Assembly: GCA_964453435.1 (NCBI GenBank)
Contig: CAYVQZ010000003.1
Coordinates: forward strand, 24,690 to 88,689
Direction: 5' to 3'
Source: an uncultured bacterium
Lineage (GTDB): Bacteria; Abyssobacteria; SURF-5
Length of the DNA: 64,000 nucleotides
Both the position numbers and the translations under genes were made by a program. Shown one piece after another: positions 63,783 through 64,000 of this stretch (position 1 is its first letter; each line of letters begins with the position of its first letter). The notes beneath the pieces were generated by a model. The model was given only the letters and a program-made list of their open reading frames with translations. It searched no databases and had not been told where the DNA came from.

Positions 63783-64000
63783 GGAGCGACCCGCTTTCCT
63801 TCGCTGAGCGGAGCGACGTCCCGCGCATTCGCGGGATAGATCGGCGGACTGCCCCCGAAGCGCAGGACATGGAATTATCGGACGGACTCACCGTGCGGGT
63901 TTTCCGATTCCATTCACGGCCTTCGGCAAAGGCGTCCTTTTCCCCGGATGAGAGCGATACAGAAGAGCGCGGCGCAGATTCATCTGGCCGTTCTCTTTTT

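Noticed and set aside
63667-63891. 74-aa minus-strand ORF in the terminal non-coding region
   Set aside because: It has low complexity (Ser/Arg/Gly/Pro-rich) and no RBS. It overlaps the repeated GGGACTGTCCC palindromes, so the region is better explained as a non-coding repeat element.
1-64000. Search for CRISPR arrays, tRNA/rRNA genes, transposases, integrases and phage or defence genes
   Set aside because: Reading the sequence and all six frames showed no regularly spaced direct repeats, no cloverleaf-like or rRNA-like segments, and no recombinase, nuclease or defence-type ORFs. The absence is by eye only and was not verified with tRNAscan-type or covariance-model tools.

Overview
The window is a 64 kb chromosomal segment from a bacterium, apparently an uncultured or poorly studied lineage. 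It is densely coding. I recognised no rRNA, tRNA, CRISPR array, transposase or phage gene. By reading the translations I see five blocks. (1) 1-16.6 kb is a surface-polysaccharide locus with three GT4-like glycosyltransferases, one GT2, an SDR epimerase and four large paralogous membrane-anchored sulfatase-fold proteins. In those four the sulfatase Cys/Arg signature is replaced by Thr/His. All four glycosyltransferases carry a similar C-terminal coiled-coil plus basic tail. (2) 16.7-19.1 kb holds housekeeping genes: rluB, scpB and a DAHP synthase. (3) 19.6-26.8 kb holds a tightly coupled operon (GDPD, DUF362, FAD-oxidoreductase, SAM-methyltransferase), pyrG, and a divergent B12-binding radical SAM gene. 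(4) 26.9-46.5 kb holds a GH38 gene coupled to a rhomboid gene, and a 16 kb minus-strand operon (glgE, treS-pep2, glgB, treZ, GH57, treY, malQ). (5) 46.6-63.6 kb is flanked by two MscS channel genes. It holds a sigma-54 activator with an atypical receiver domain and a good -24/-12 promoter. That promoter leads a 12-gene co-directional array: pseudo-receiver, corrinoid protein, MetH-type reactivation protein, two divergent non-pyrrolysine MttB-family methyltransferases, a pterin-binding methyltransferase, a large SAM-methyltransferase, an Opu-type betaine ABC importer, and two AsnB-like genes, one lacking the Cys1 nucleophile. The two strongest candidates for undescribed biology are the MttB/corrinoid array and the four-paralogue Thr-type sulfatase-fold locus. 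A roughly 100-nt conserved intergenic element is present in two copies. All calls rest on motif recognition by eye; no searches or computations were run.
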